Source of the DNA: Nitrospirota bacterium
GTDB lineage: Bacteria > Nitrospirota > UBA9217
Direction: 5' to 3'
Assembly (NCBI GenBank): GCA_963740085.1
Contig: CAVUCU010000001.1
Coordinates: forward strand, 832,001 to 896,000
Length of the DNA: 64,000 nt
Shown here: positions 20,607 to 33,101 of the stretch, one piece after another
Layout: every line of letters starts with the position of its first letter
Numbering within the stretch: position 1 is the first letter of the stretch
Translations under genes and position numbers: made by a program
Notes under the pieces: model-generated
Seen by the model: only the letters and a program-made list of their open reading frames with translations
The model's database searches: none
What the model was told of the DNA's origin: nothing

Positions 20607-21005
20607 TTATGGCTTCATCGGAGCGTGTTTACGTTGCGATATTGGTTTTTTCTGTGTCGATATTGGTGACGAATTTGGCGTCGTTGTTGTTGACGGAGCG
20701 GACGCGGGAGAGGACACGCGAGAATATTTTGAATCTCGAATATCGGCTCTCCATTGTAGAGCAAGCGCTGCAATCGAAATAGCAAGGGCTGCAACGACTA
20801 AATAAAAAGTCCATTTTCGTGTCCAGTGTGGAATGGTTAATTTTTTTACGTCAGCCCGCACCTGCTGTATGTCAGCTTGTAATTTACGTTGTTCCAGTTC
20901 AATAATTGCATCGGTCTGAGGCTGACAGCCTTTGTTGTTTGGATTGTCTCGTGTTCTTATTAACTCTTCTTCTGTCATGTGAGCATAAGGTCGAATTGGT
21001 GGCAT
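20607..21005 (-). CDS. Cassette-borne hypothetical protein with one TM helix
   Basis: RBS AAGGAG before MPPIRP, coiled-coil segment, then hydrophobic helix. Lies between the attI-like site and attC2. Confidence 0.6.
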   Translation of the reverse strand: MPPIRPYAHMTEEELIRTRDNPNNKGCQPQTDAIIELEQRKLQADIQQVRADVKKLTIPHWTRKWTFYLVVAALAISIAALALQWRADIRDSKYSRVSSPASAPSTTTTPNSSPISTQKKPISQRKHAPMKP

Positions 21006-21074
21006 ATTCTTCTCCTTTGCTTTTGACTTTGTGGCCCGATGACCCCTTGTGGGAGTCGAGCGTGTGGTTGGAAA

Positions 21075-21100
21075 ATTCCAACCAGATATTATCGGTACGA
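21075..21100 (-). other. attI-like recombination point (G|TTGGAAT)
   Basis: Minus strand gataatatctgGTTGGAAT is exactly complementary to the ATTCCAAC of attC2, as expected for the start of an integrated cassette. Confidence 0.5.
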
Positions 21101-21339
21101 AATACAGTAACATGGATTGCTGGTGTGGTCAATGAATTTAGGAATAAGGTTGACGTATCCAGCTGAATTCATTTGAATATGATCAAAAGACTACTATTCA
21201 ATAAATGGAACATCTGCGGAAATAAATTAATATGCAAATACGGATATAGCTTTTCAAGGTAGGCCAACAGATGGAACATTATCCGGATAATAACAACCGG
21301 TTGCTGTTCCGGGTAGGCGAGAGTTAGAGCGAATAAACT

Positions 21340-21369
21340 TTGCCATATTGGGGCAGCCCAATATGGCAA
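21340..21369. terminator. Palindrome downstream of secA (likely terminator or operator)
   Basis: ttgccatattgggc/gcccaatatggcaa inverted repeat. Confidence 0.5.
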
Positions 21370-21417
21370 CTTTATCTTATGGAAAAAATAATTTTACACT
21401 ATGTGCGAACTGATACC

Positions 21418-24055
21418 TTACTTCCCATGGCACTTCTTATACTTCTTCCCGCTCCCGCACGGGCAGGGATCGTTCCTGCCGACCTTCGCGCCCACGTGCA
21501 CGGGCTCCGCGGGCTTGGCTGCCGCGTCTCCGGCGCCGACGAAGCTGAGGTTGGCGACCTGGCGCTTCTGCTTCCGCTCGATCTCTTCGCCCTGCTCCTT
21601 GGCGGCGACCTTGATCCTGAAGAGGTTCTCGACCGTGGATTCGACGATGCGCAGCTTCATCTCATCGAACATGTTGAAGCCTTCTTTTTTGTATTCGATG
21701 AGCGGATCCATTTGACCGTAACCGCGAAGCCCGATGCCTTCCTTTAAATGGTCCATGGCGAGCAGGTGGTCCTTCCACTGGTGGTCGACGGCCTGCAGCA
21801 TGAAGACCTTCTCGAGGTGGCGCATGAGCTCGGACCCGATCTGCTGCTCCTTGGCGTCATAGCTCTGCTTCAGCGCTTCCCACAGCTTGTCACGAAAATC
21901 TTCGCGCGGCAGGGACTGGGGGTCGAGGTCGCCCGCATGATACGCAAATTTGGCCGCGAGCACGTCCTTGAGGCCGGTGACATCCCAGGTCTCGGGATAG
22001 GCGCCCGCGGGACAGTAGAAATCGACCATCCCGTCGAGCATGTCTTCGGCCAGGCCGAGCACTTCTTCCTTGAGGTCCGTGCCCGACAGAAGCTGGCGGC
22101 GCTGCTCGTAGATCACCTTCCTCTGCTGGTCCATGACGTCGTCGTATTCGAGAACGTGCTTGCGCATATCGAAGTTGTGATTTTCAACCTTCTTCTGCGC
22201 GTTCTCGATGGCCCTCGAAACCATGCGGTGTTCGATCGGCACGTCCTCTTCCATGCCGAGCCTGCCCATAAGGCCCGCGATACGGTCTGACCCGAAGATC
22301 CTCGAGAAGGTCGTCCTCGAGCGAAAGGTAGAACCGCGAAGAGCCGGGGTCGCCCTGGCGGCCTGAACGGCCGCGAAGCTGGTTGTCGATCCGGCGCGCC
22401 TCATGCCGTTCCGTGCCGAGGATGTGAAGCCCGCCCGCGGCAATGACCTTCTCTTTTTCGTCGGCGCAGAGCGCCGTGCACTCCGCAAGCGTCTTGTCCC
22501 ACTGTTCCTTCGTGTACTCCTTGCCCTTCAGCATCTGGCGCGCGAGCCCCTCGGGATTGCCTCCCAGCACGATGTCGGTGCCGCGGCCCGCCATGTTCGT
22601 GGCGATCGTGACCGCAGCGTAGCGGCCCGCCTGCGCCACGATCTCCGCCTCCATTTCGTGGTACTTGGCGTTCAGCACCGTATGCCGGATGCCCTTTTTC
22701 TTGAGCAGCGCCGCGAGGGCCTCGGATTTGACGATCGAGATGGTGCCCACGAGCACCGGCTGGCCTTTTTTGTGCAGCGCTTCGATCTCTTTGATGGTCG
22801 AATTGAACTTCCCCTGCTCGGTCTTGTAAATGAAATCGGGGCTGTCGATACGGATCATGGGTTGGTGCGTCGGGATCATGAGCACGTCGAGGTTGTAGAT
22901 CTTCGCGAATTCCGCGGATTCGGTCTCCGCCGTGCCGGTCATGCCCGCGAGCTTGCTGTAGAGCCGGAAATAGTTCTGGAACGTGATCGAGGCGAGCGTC
23001 TGGTTCTCATTCTCGATCTTGACGTTCTCTTTGGCCTCAATGGCCTGGTGCAGTCCGTCGCTCCAGCGCCTGCCGGGCATGAGCCTGCCCGTGAACTCGT
23101 CCACGATCATCACCTGGTCGTCCTTGACCACGTAGTCCACGTCGCGATTGAACAGGGCATGGGCCTTCAGCGCCTGGTGCACATGATGTACGAGGTCCAC
23201 GTTCTCAGGGTCATACAAATTGCCGGCGCCGAGCATCTTCTCCACCTTGATGTTGCCCTCTTCGGTCAGGGCCGCGGTCTTTGTCTTTTCCTCGATGGTG
23301 TAGTCGACGTCCTTCTTCAGGCTCGGGATGATGCGGTTGATCTTGTAATACTTGTCCGTGGAATCTTCCGTGGGACCGGAGATGATGAGCGGGGTCCTGG
23401 CCTCGTCGATGAGGATCGAATCCACCTCGTCCACGATGGCAAAGTTGAGCTCGCGCTGGGCATATTCCGCGAGGTCGAATTTCATATTATCGCGCAGATA
23501 GTCGAAACCGAACTCATTGTTCGTCCCGTAGGTCACGTCGGAGCCGTAGGCCTGCTGCCGCTGTTCATCATTCAGGCCATGGACTATCACGCCCACGGTC
23601 AGGCCGAGGAAGGTATAGACCGACCCCATCCACTGGGCGTCACGCCGGGCAAGGTAGTCGTTCACCGTCACCACATGCACTCCCTTGCCGGTGAGACTGT
23701 TCAAGTATACCGGCAGCGTGGCGACAAGGGTCTTGCCTTCACCGGTCCTCATCTCCGCGATCTTCCCCTGGTGCAGCACGATGCCGCCGATAAGCTGTAC
23801 ATCGAAGTGACGCATGCCGAGCGTCCGTTTGGAGGCCTCGCGTACTACGGCAAAGGCCTCGGGAAGGATATCGTCGAGCTGCTCCCCGTCCTCGAGTCTC
23901 TTTTTGAACTCGTCGGTCTTGGCCCGCAAGTCAGCGTCCGAGAGGCCGGCAATCCCGCTCTCGAGCGCGTTGATCTCGTCCACCGCCGTCTGAATGCGCT
24001 TCAGTTCCCGCTCATTCGCGGTGCCGAATACTTTTTTAAGAATCGATCCGATCAT
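21418..24055 (-). CDS. secA: Preprotein translocase ATPase SecA (1 nt frameshift near 22303)
   Basis: [41 protein letters not shown] and C-terminal [19 protein letters not shown]. The two ORFs join at [15 protein letters not shown]. Confidence 0.97.
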
Positions 24056-24402
24056 CTCTGTTCTCTCCACCGGGGGTAAGCTTATGTGACAGCTTTGCAT
24101 ATTATCATTTTTATGCAGGAATTCAAGAGAATAATCTTGCTGATCTCTATCTTTCAAGAGTCCTGTGGACAAGATGCCGAGTCTTCATAAATCAAGGGGG
24201 ATTATTTGCATGACCGGGGGAAATGCTCACGGTTTGATGAAATGGACAGGAAGTTTGATGGGTTCGTAATTTCACCGCTGAGGCGCAGAGGCGCAGAGAA
24301 GAACTTTTAGTTTCAATATGCCTTTCTCCGTGTCTCCGCGGTAGATCATGACTTTTTATGAGATCATCAGGATTTAAAAGACGGCAGGCGGGAAATTACT
24401 TC

Positions 24403-24651
24403 TCAGCCCTTGCCCTTGGCGGCCTTCAGGAGCCTTTCGAGCTTCTCAACGCCGACGCATTCCTTGGCATAGGCGCACCACTCGACGCAGGACGTGCCGA
24501 TCGGCCGGGCGTTCAGATGGCCGCACTTCTTGCAGGCGGTATCCGGTTCGTCGCTCCAGATCTCGATCTTTTCGCCGCACTTCTGGCACCGGATGTCTTC
24601 CGGTTTTGGCGACCGTATCTCAATGCTTCCTGGACAACCTTCTTTAAACAT
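24403..24651 (-). CDS. Small Cys-rich (zinc/Fe-S binding) conserved hypothetical protein
   Basis: CPG..., CxxC..IEIWSDE...CxxC and CxxWCxYAxxC pattern. Confidence 0.75.
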   Translation of the reverse strand: MFKEGCPGSIEIRSPKPEDIRCQKCGEKIEIWSDEPDTACKKCGHLNARPIGTSCVEWCAYAKECVGVEKLERLLKAAKGKG

Positions 24652-24910
24652 GACCCTACTCTACGCCCGTCGCGAAAAAAGAACTATGACCTAAATCATA
24701 TCGCGGGAAGGCGAAACCATCGGAAACAGCAAACGGTAATGACGCACCGTAAATCGTCGGTTCGGCTCCCGGCGCCGTCTTGAAAACACGAACGATATTA
24801 CTACCTGACGAAACGGGCCTCGCGACCGAATCCGAACGAAGAAAAATGAAACAACATTCTCACAAAAACTGTCACTCCCTATGCAGAAATATCACAGGAC
24901 AACGCGGAGA

Positions 24911-25720
24911 TCACTCTTTAACGGTCTCCTTGACGGAGTCCGTTATCTGGATCTTGAAATTATAGGGAATGATCTGACGGTTGATCTCCACGGGGATAAA
25001 GAGGACGACGGACTTCCCCTTCAGGCCCGCCGCAACATCGCTTTCGAGCGGGAACAGGGGGCGGATATCATAGCCCTTTCGCTGCGGCAACATATACACA
25101 TTGCTGACCGGGATCACGGTCTCCTGCACCGAGCTCCGGGACAGCACAACCTGGTCGGGAAGGGGGTTGTTCCGGTCCCGGAAGCGTATGCCGGAATGCA
25201 TCAGCCGCTTTGCTTGTCTGCTCAGGTCCGTATATTCGGCGCGGTCCCACAGGATTTTCAGATCATAGCGGCTGAGGTTCTCAAAATGCATCAAGTAACC
25301 CTGCTCAACGACGGTAAAGGAGACGGATATATTCTTGTCGTGGAAACGGAGCTCCTTGGACACCACGGGGCTGACGAGCCGATACGACAGCGTGTATCTG
25401 ACGACGTCACGCAGGATCTTCTCCAGCTTGATATTCAGGGTATCGCCTTCCTTGATGTCGCGAAGCGAAAGGGTCTTCTGCTGATAGTTGTCCTTGCTCA
25501 CCTCAAGGACCGCCTTAGCCGAAAGCGCGGGGTCCTTCGGCACCCCGGCCGTAATGGTCGCGGGCGAGCGGTACAGCCGCTCCTTCAACTCCACGCCCGA
25601 AACGACCCTGATGGTCGAATCCGGCGGGTCCGCAAAGACCTTGAAGTTCTTCGCCACCACGCTTGAACATCCCGAAACAGCAAGTGCGGCGACGAGTGCA
25701 ACAAGAATATATTTTTTCAT
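24911..25720 (-). CDS. Hypothetical lipoprotein
   Basis: RBS GGAGG and signal peptide ending VSGC. Confidence 0.75.
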   Translation of the reverse strand: MKKYILVALVAALAVSGCSSVVAKNFKVFADPPDSTIRVVSGVELKERLYRSPATITAGVPKDPALSAKAVLEVSKDNYQQKTLSLRDIKEGDTLNIKLEKILRDVVRYTLSYRLVSPVVSKELRFHDKNISVSFTVVEQGYLMHFENLSRYDLKILWDRAEYTDLSRQAKRLMHSGIRFRDRNNPLPDQVVLSRSSVQETVIPVSNVYMLPQRKGYDIRPLFPLESDVAAGLKGKSVVLFIPVEINRQIIPYNFKIQITDSVKETVKE

Positions 25721-25992
25721 CCTTCCCTCCTCCACTATGCAAACAGGCCTTGACAGGATTGTGCTATAATAACACATCAGCCACAGCCTGTCATAAAAAA
25801 ACAATGATTTCATGGCGAACTCCATCTTGCCACCGGCGGTCAAATGGCTCTTTTCCCCTGTCTTTGACCCGTTTCGATGGGCCTAAAACGTTGAAATTTT
25901 CTTCGGTTCCTGACAAATTGTCTTGAATTTGCTTTAATACATTACTATAATACGTCTCCAAGTTGCCCACACTGTGCAGGAGGGAGTAATCT

Positions 25993-26616
25993 ATGGCTGT
26001 AAAAAAAGTCGCAAAGAAGAAAAAGGCCGCGAAGCCCGCGAGAACCGCCGTAAAAAAGACGGTTAAAAAAGCCGTGAAGAGATCCGGTGCAAAGAAGAGC
26101 ATGGTCAAAAAGAAAACGGCCGGCAAAGCCGCCGGAAGGATCGCCCCAAAAACAGCGAAAAAGGCCGTTAAGCCGGCATCCTCCGCAATGTCCGCACCGC
26201 CCAAACGGCGAATATCCCTGGCCGAGCGAAAACGGAACGAGCTGCTGAAAAAATTCCTCCTCAAGATACGGAACGAGGTCGTGGAAGGCCTGGAAATCCA
26301 GATGGGACGCAAACTGGTCCGTGAGACGGGACAGAAGATCGACTCGGCAATGGACAGCGCCGACCAGTCAGCGCTCGACATGGACCAGGGCATCGATTAC
26401 TCGCTCCTGGAAATGAAATATGAGCAGTACAAGGACATTGCCGATGCCTTCCGCAAGCTCCAGAACAATACCTATGGACAATGCGAGGAGTGCGGCGAAG
26501 AGATCGATATCAAGCGCCTTGCGGTGAACCCCCTTGCCCGGTACTGCGTTGCCTGCAAGACGAACAAAGAGAAGCTGGAAAATATCCAGAAGGAAGAGAC
26601 GAGGTTCAAGGAATAA
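25993..26616 (+). CDS. dksA: DksA/TraR C4 zinc-finger protein with a Lys/Ala-rich N-terminal tail
   Basis: DSAD coiled-coil tip and YGQCEECGEEI...RL..NP.ARYCVAC. Confidence 0.85.
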   Translation: MAVKKVAKKKKAAKPARTAVKKTVKKAVKRSGAKKSMVKKKTAGKAAGRIAPKTAKKAVKPASSAMSAPPKRRISLAERKRNELLKKFLLKIRNEVVEGLEIQMGRKLVRETGQKIDSAMDSADQSALDMDQGIDYSLLEMKYEQYKDIADAFRKLQNNTYGQCEECGEEIDIKRLAVNPLARYCVACKTNKEKLENIQKEETRFKE

Positions 26617-26734
26617 TTTAATAAGAACCAGGTTTACATCGGACAGAGAGGACAGATCAGACCGATATCCACTCGCTAGTTTTTCTTGACAAATCGACCA
26701 TTATACAGTATCGTGTGCCTCTGATTTTTCTCGT

Positions 26735-26810
26735 GGCGGTGTAGCTCAGCTGGTAGAGCAGGGGAATCATAATCCCTGTGTCCGGGGTTCGAGTCCCTGC
26801 ACCGCCACCA
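26735..26810 (+). tRNA. tRNA-Met (CAT), elongator type
   Basis: 76 nt cloverleaf GGCGGTG...CACCGCC-A-CCA with D arm, TTCGA T-loop and anticodon CAT. Confidence 0.95.
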
Positions 26811-26918
26811 TTTTTTCTCTTCTCTTTTTCTCATCATAATCATAATTAACTGACCGCATAGCAAGATATGAAAAAATCATCGGATGCCGCTTCCGGCGGC
26901 AACCCCCGCTCACCGGTT

Positions 26919-28307
26919 ATGCTGCTAACCAAGGTCAAAGAAACCATACGGAAATACGCCCTCCTGAACCCCGGGGACCGGGTGCTCGTCGCGGTCTCCG
27001 GCGGGCCGGACTCGGTCTGCCTTCTGGGTGTTCTTCAGGCGTTAGCGAAAGATCTCGACCTGACACTCCACATCGCCCATCTTGACCATATGTTCCGGGG
27101 AAAAGAATCCGCTGACGAGGCGCTGTTCGTCGCGGAGCTGGCAAAAAAGTTAGGCATCCCGTCGACCATCGAGAAGTTTGACGTCCCGGCCTACTGCCTC
27201 GAGCGCGGCCTGTCTCCGCAGGCGGGCGCACGAGAAGTAAGGTATGATTTTTTACAGCGGGTTTCAAAGACAACCGGTGCGTCCCATATCGCTACCGGCC
27301 ATACGGCAAACGACCAGGCCGAGACCTTCCTCATGCGGCTCATACGCGGCGCCGGCGCGTCCGGCCTCTCGGCCATCCCCCCGGCGCGGGATAACATTAT
27401 CAGGCCGCTGATAGAGGCCACGCGGGACGAGGTGCTTGAATACCTGAAGGAGACCGGTCTTGCGTTCGTAACCGACCCGTCGAACGCCAAGCCGGTGTAT
27501 ACGCGAAACAGGATAAGGCTGGAGGTGTTGCCCATCCTGCAACGCTTCAATCCCCGGATCGTCGCGACGCTCGCGGCCGAGGCAGGTCATCTCAGGGACG
27601 AGGACGAGGCGGTCGAGGGGTATTGCGCGATGCTTGCCGACAGCATCCTGGTACAGAAGGAAAACACCGTCTTTGTGAAAAGAAATGAGTTCAATACGCT
27701 GCCCCCCGCGTTCAGGCGCAGACTGCTGCAAAAAGCCTCTGACCTCGCGGGGGTGGAATCCTCGGGGCTGTCACGGATACAGCTCGGTGAGGCCATCGCG
27801 TTCATGGCCGTTGCCCAGACCGGAAGGACCATGGACCTGACCCCCGGCCTTAAAATAGGGCGCGAGTACGACCGGTTCGTGATCAGCGTTCGATCGGGAA
27901 CAAAGGACTTCTCCCGTTCGGTCATGATGCCCGGCGTTTCCGTGATACCGGAGCTCCGCATGGAGATCGAGACGCTGGTCGCTGACCGGTTCCCTGAAGA
28001 GCAGGAAGATATAAATTATGTATGGCAGGCGCTGTTCGATTATGATAAGATGGGGCCGGTTCTGACACTCAGGAACAGGCGTCCCGGCGACTGGTTCTGT
28101 CCAAGCGGGATGGGCGGCAAAAGCAAGAAGATACAGGACTACTTCGTGGACGAGAAGGTCCCTCGCAGGAAACGCGACCTTGTTCCCCTGCTCTGCTCGG
28201 GCGAGGATATCCTGTGGGTTATGGGTATGAGAACGGACGAACGGTTCCTCGCCGGAGCAGGGACGAAGAACATGCTTACCGTCAGGGTAAAAAACGCTTA
28301 TCGGTAA
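26919..28307 (+). CDS. tilS: tRNA(Ile)-lysidine synthase
   Basis: AVSGGPDS PP-loop, HLDHMFR, GHTANDQAET and RNRIR motifs. Confidence 0.96.
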   Translation: MLLTKVKETIRKYALLNPGDRVLVAVSGGPDSVCLLGVLQALAKDLDLTLHIAHLDHMFRGKESADEALFVAELAKKLGIPSTIEKFDVPAYCLERGLSPQAGAREVRYDFLQRVSKTTGASHIATGHTANDQAETFLMRLIRGAGASGLSAIPPARDNIIRPLIEATRDEVLEYLKETGLAFVTDPSNAKPVYTRNRIRLEVLPILQRFNPRIVATLAAEAGHLRDEDEAVEGYCAMLADSILVQKENTVFVKRNEFNTLPPAFRRRLLQKASDLAGVESSGLSRIQLGEAIAFMAVAQTGRTMDLTPGLKIGREYDRFVISVRSGTKDFSRSVMMPGVSVIPELRMEIETLVADRFPEEQEDINYVWQALFDYDKMGPVLTLRNRRPGDWFCPSGMGGKSKKIQDYFVDEKVPRRKRDLVPLLCSGEDILWVMGMRTDERFLAGAGTKNMLTVRVKNAYR

Positions 28308-28421
28308 CGAAGCCGTATCGAAATTCGGCTGTCAGCGGCGTCTTGATCCGAACGATGCGGCCGCTTAACGAAACGGGCATCATAACCGCTTGTCGTCTTT
28401 TGATTTTTGGGAGGAAACGCA

Positions 28422-28967
28422 ATGGTAGGCATTGATTTCGGCAAGCCGCTTTTTACCCGTGAGGAGATCCAGCGGAAGATACAGGAGATAGGCTCGCGGG
28501 TCTCGGCAGACTACGCCGACAAGGACCTGATCGCGGTCGGGGTCCTCAAGGGCGCGCTTTTTTTCATGTCAGACCTGCTTCGTTCGCTCAGGATCTCCGT
28601 CAGGATGGATTTCATCCATTGCACCAGTTCCGCCACCAAAGGTATGGGCGGCAATCCGGTACGGATGATGTGCGACATGAAAGAAGACATCAAAGAAAAA
28701 CACGTCCTGCTGATCGAGGACATCATGGATTCCGGCGTGACCATCGATTACCTCAAGAAGATGCTGCTGGAACGAGGTCCGGCTTCGCTCAAGGTGTGCG
28801 TGCTGCTCGACAAGACCGGCCGCCGGCAAGTGCCGATCGAGGCGGACTACGCGGGCTTCCGCATCCCGAACAAATACGTGGTTGGTTACGGACTGGATTA
28901 CAAAGACCGCTACCGCAATCTGCCCTATATCGCCGTGCTCCCCATGGAGGAGCGGCAGGCCCCGTAA
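28422..28967 (+). CDS. hpt: Hypoxanthine phosphoribosyltransferase
   Basis: VLKGA, LLIEDIMDSGVT and VVGYGLDY..RYRNLPYI motifs. Confidence 0.95.
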   Translation: MVGIDFGKPLFTREEIQRKIQEIGSRVSADYADKDLIAVGVLKGALFFMSDLLRSLRISVRMDFIHCTSSATKGMGGNPVRMMCDMKEDIKEKHVLLIEDIMDSGVTIDYLKKMLLERGPASLKVCVLLDKTGRRQVPIEADYAGFRIPNKYVVGYGLDYKDRYRNLPYIAVLPMEERQAP

Positions 28968-29246
28968 TCGTCATACGATAATAGTCCTCGCAACCGGCCC
29001 CTTCGTTCCGCCCCGATGACCGGTCATTCGTCTTGACAGACCGGCCGGACGGCATGAGGGCTGTATCGAGGCAGGGGCAAAGAGCGGATAACTGTTGTCA
29101 TACGCACGGGAATATGTTAATATTCCCGTTACATGGTATCGAAGGTTGTTTGTTGCATTTTCTATGGTTTTGAAATCGTTCAATTTTCACTTTCCAATCT
29201 TCTATTCCTCATTTTCACTTGCGAAGGTTAACGGAGGTTTCTATCA

Positions 29247-31043
<1,797 letters not shown>

Positions 31044-31052
31044 GAGGGCGGT

Positions 31053-32219
31053 ATGGAGCCTGTCCTCCGGATCTCCGGCCGCGGGGCGCTTTCAATAACC
31101 CTGAACAATCTCACCTCCGGTCAGACAGCCGTTCTCGACAGTATCATCCGATCATCCGACAGCGGAGCAGGTTTAGACCCTGCTCCGATCTTTTTTCCCT
31201 CACAATACGACAGCACCGCCGGCAATATCCGCCCGGCAATGACCCTGACCGGCAGCCCCGTCCAGTTGAGAAGACTTTTTTCTCTCCTGTCTGCGGATCA
31301 TCGCATCCCCTCTTCTCTTTCCGGGAAAGGTTACTCTCTGCTTGACAACTACCTGCGCTCGGATTATAAGATTGATTGCAGGGGGAAGGTCCTCGACCTC
31401 GGCAGCCGCACACACCTCATGGGCATCCTGAACGTGACCCCTGATTCATTCTCCGATGGCGGACGCTATGCCGATGCGGAGCAAGCACTTGCCCATGCCC
31501 GTGACATGGCTGCCGCAGGCGCGGACATCATCGACATCGGCGGGGAGTCCACCCGGCCCGGAGCAGCGCCCCTCTCCCGGGAGGAAGAGCTCCGTCGGAT
31601 CATCCCGCTCATCGAGCTCCTTTCGGCCGAGTTTACGGTCCCGATATCGGTGGATACCTATAAGTCATCGGTGGCGAAAAAAGCGATCGAGGCGGGCGCA
31701 AGTATCGTGAACGACATCAGCGGGCTCCGGTTCTCGCACGACATGGCGCACGTGGTGGCTGATTCCGGCGTTGCCGTGGTCATTATGCACATCAAAGGCA
31801 CACCGCGTGATATGCAGCAGAACCCTGTGTATGACGATGTGGTCGGTGAGGTCCTGTCCTCTCTGGAGGATGGGATCGAGATCGCCATGAAGGCCGGCGT
31901 GGGCCGGGAGAAGATACTCATCGACCCCGGCATCGGATTCGGGAAGACGCTTGAGCACAACCTCATTCTCCTGAACAGACTTGAGGAATTCCGCTCCCTC
32001 GGCAGACCGATCCTGCTTGGTCCCTCGCGAAAAAAGTTTATCGGAACGATCCTTGGTGTCCCGGCGCCCGATCAGCGCGTTGACGGTACCGCCGCCACGG
32101 TGGCCCTCGGGATCGAGCGCGGCGCCAGCGTTCTGCGGGTCCATGACGTGGCGCGTATGGCGCAGGTGGCGAAGGTGACGGATGCAATCGTAAGATCCGT
32201 ACAAGGTACAAAGTACTGA
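31053..32219 (+). CDS. folP: Dihydropteroate synthase with an N-terminal extension
   Basis: MGILNVTPDSFSDGG, IGGESTRPG, DPGIGFGK and RVHDV motifs. Confidence 0.95.
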   Translation: MEPVLRISGRGALSITLNNLTSGQTAVLDSIIRSSDSGAGLDPAPIFFPSQYDSTAGNIRPAMTLTGSPVQLRRLFSLLSADHRIPSSLSGKGYSLLDNYLRSDYKIDCRGKVLDLGSRTHLMGILNVTPDSFSDGGRYADAEQALAHARDMAAAGADIIDIGGESTRPGAAPLSREEELRRIIPLIELLSAEFTVPISVDTYKSSVAKKAIEAGASIVNDISGLRFSHDMAHVVADSGVAVVIMHIKGTPRDMQQNPVYDDVVGEVLSSLEDGIEIAMKAGVGREKILIDPGIGFGKTLEHNLILLNRLEEFRSLGRPILLGPSRKKFIGTILGVPAPDQRVDGTAATVALGIERGASVLRVHDVARMAQVAKVTDAIVRSVQGTKY

Positions 32220-32308
32220 GTACGAAGTAATGACCCGGACAATCCCTGAAAGACTTTTACCATGAACTCTGAACTTTGTACTCTGTACCCTGTACTATTT
32301 ATTAACCC

Positions 32309-33094
32309 ATGACCAACTTCATCGAAATACGCGAGGCCCTGACGCACTATCGCTGGTTCAACGATACAGTGGACATAGCGCTCGTCTACTATATCATCTA
32401 CCGGCTGCTGCTCATCATCAAAGGCACGCGCGCCTTCCAGATGCTCATCGGCATCGGACTTATCGTGCTCGTGCTCATCGCGTCGCAGACCTTTGAGTTC
32501 TATACCCTCGACTGGCTCATTCAGAGCTTCTGGTCGCAGATCGTGCTCGCTGTCGTGATCCTGTTCCAGCCTGAGATCAGGCGCACCCTGGCCCGGGTCG
32601 GCGAACGCCATATGTTCCGATCGCTCTCCGCGGTCGAGGGCTCCAAGTTCATTGAAGAAACGGTCAAGGCCGTCGTCAACATGGCCAACAAAAGGATCGG
32701 CGCGCTTATCGTCCTCGAACGCGACACGGACCTTACGACCATTGTGGAGATGGGCACCGAGCTCGATGCCAAGGTCACGAAGGAGATCCTCATAAGCATC
32801 TTTCTCCCCTACTCCCCGATCCACGACGGGGCCGCGATCATCCGGAGCGGCAGGCTCATATCAGCCGGGTGCTTTCTGCCGCTCACGCTGTCTTCGAACA
32901 TCTCCAAATCGCTTGGTACTCGCCACCGCGCGGCGATAGGCCTCACCGAGGAGACCGATGCCGTCGTGGTGGTCGTGTCAGAGGAGACGGGGGAGATCTC
33001 ACTGGTCGTGAACGGCGCGATCGAGCACAACGAGGATGCGCCTGCACTCAGGAAAATGCTGTCCGATATGTTTGTCAGAAAAAAGGGCCGGTGA
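32309..33094 (+). CDS. cdaA: Diadenylate cyclase CdaA/DacA
   Basis: Three TM helices, FQPEIRR, HDGA and GTRHRAA. Confidence 0.95.
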   Translation: MTNFIEIREALTHYRWFNDTVDIALVYYIIYRLLLIIKGTRAFQMLIGIGLIVLVLIASQTFEFYTLDWLIQSFWSQIVLAVVILFQPEIRRTLARVGERHMFRSLSAVEGSKFIEETVKAVVNMANKRIGALIVLERDTDLTTIVEMGTELDAKVTKEILISIFLPYSPIHDGAAIIRSGRLISAGCFLPLTLSSNISKSLGTRHRAAIGLTEETDAVVVVVSEETGEISLVVNGAIEHNEDAPALRKMLSDMFVRKKGR

Positions 33095-33101
33095 CCGTAC
33101 C

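Noticed and set aside
22280-22330. Programmed frameshift in secA
   Set aside because: There is no slippery run or precedent. One extra base in ctcgaggatc explains it as an error.
26735-26810. tRNA(CAT) directly upstream of tilS as its substrate tRNA-Ile2
   Set aside because: The acceptor stem GGCGGTG resembles elongator tRNA-Met and lacks the C4/C5 pairs known as TilS determinants in E. coli. Adjacency alone is insufficient.
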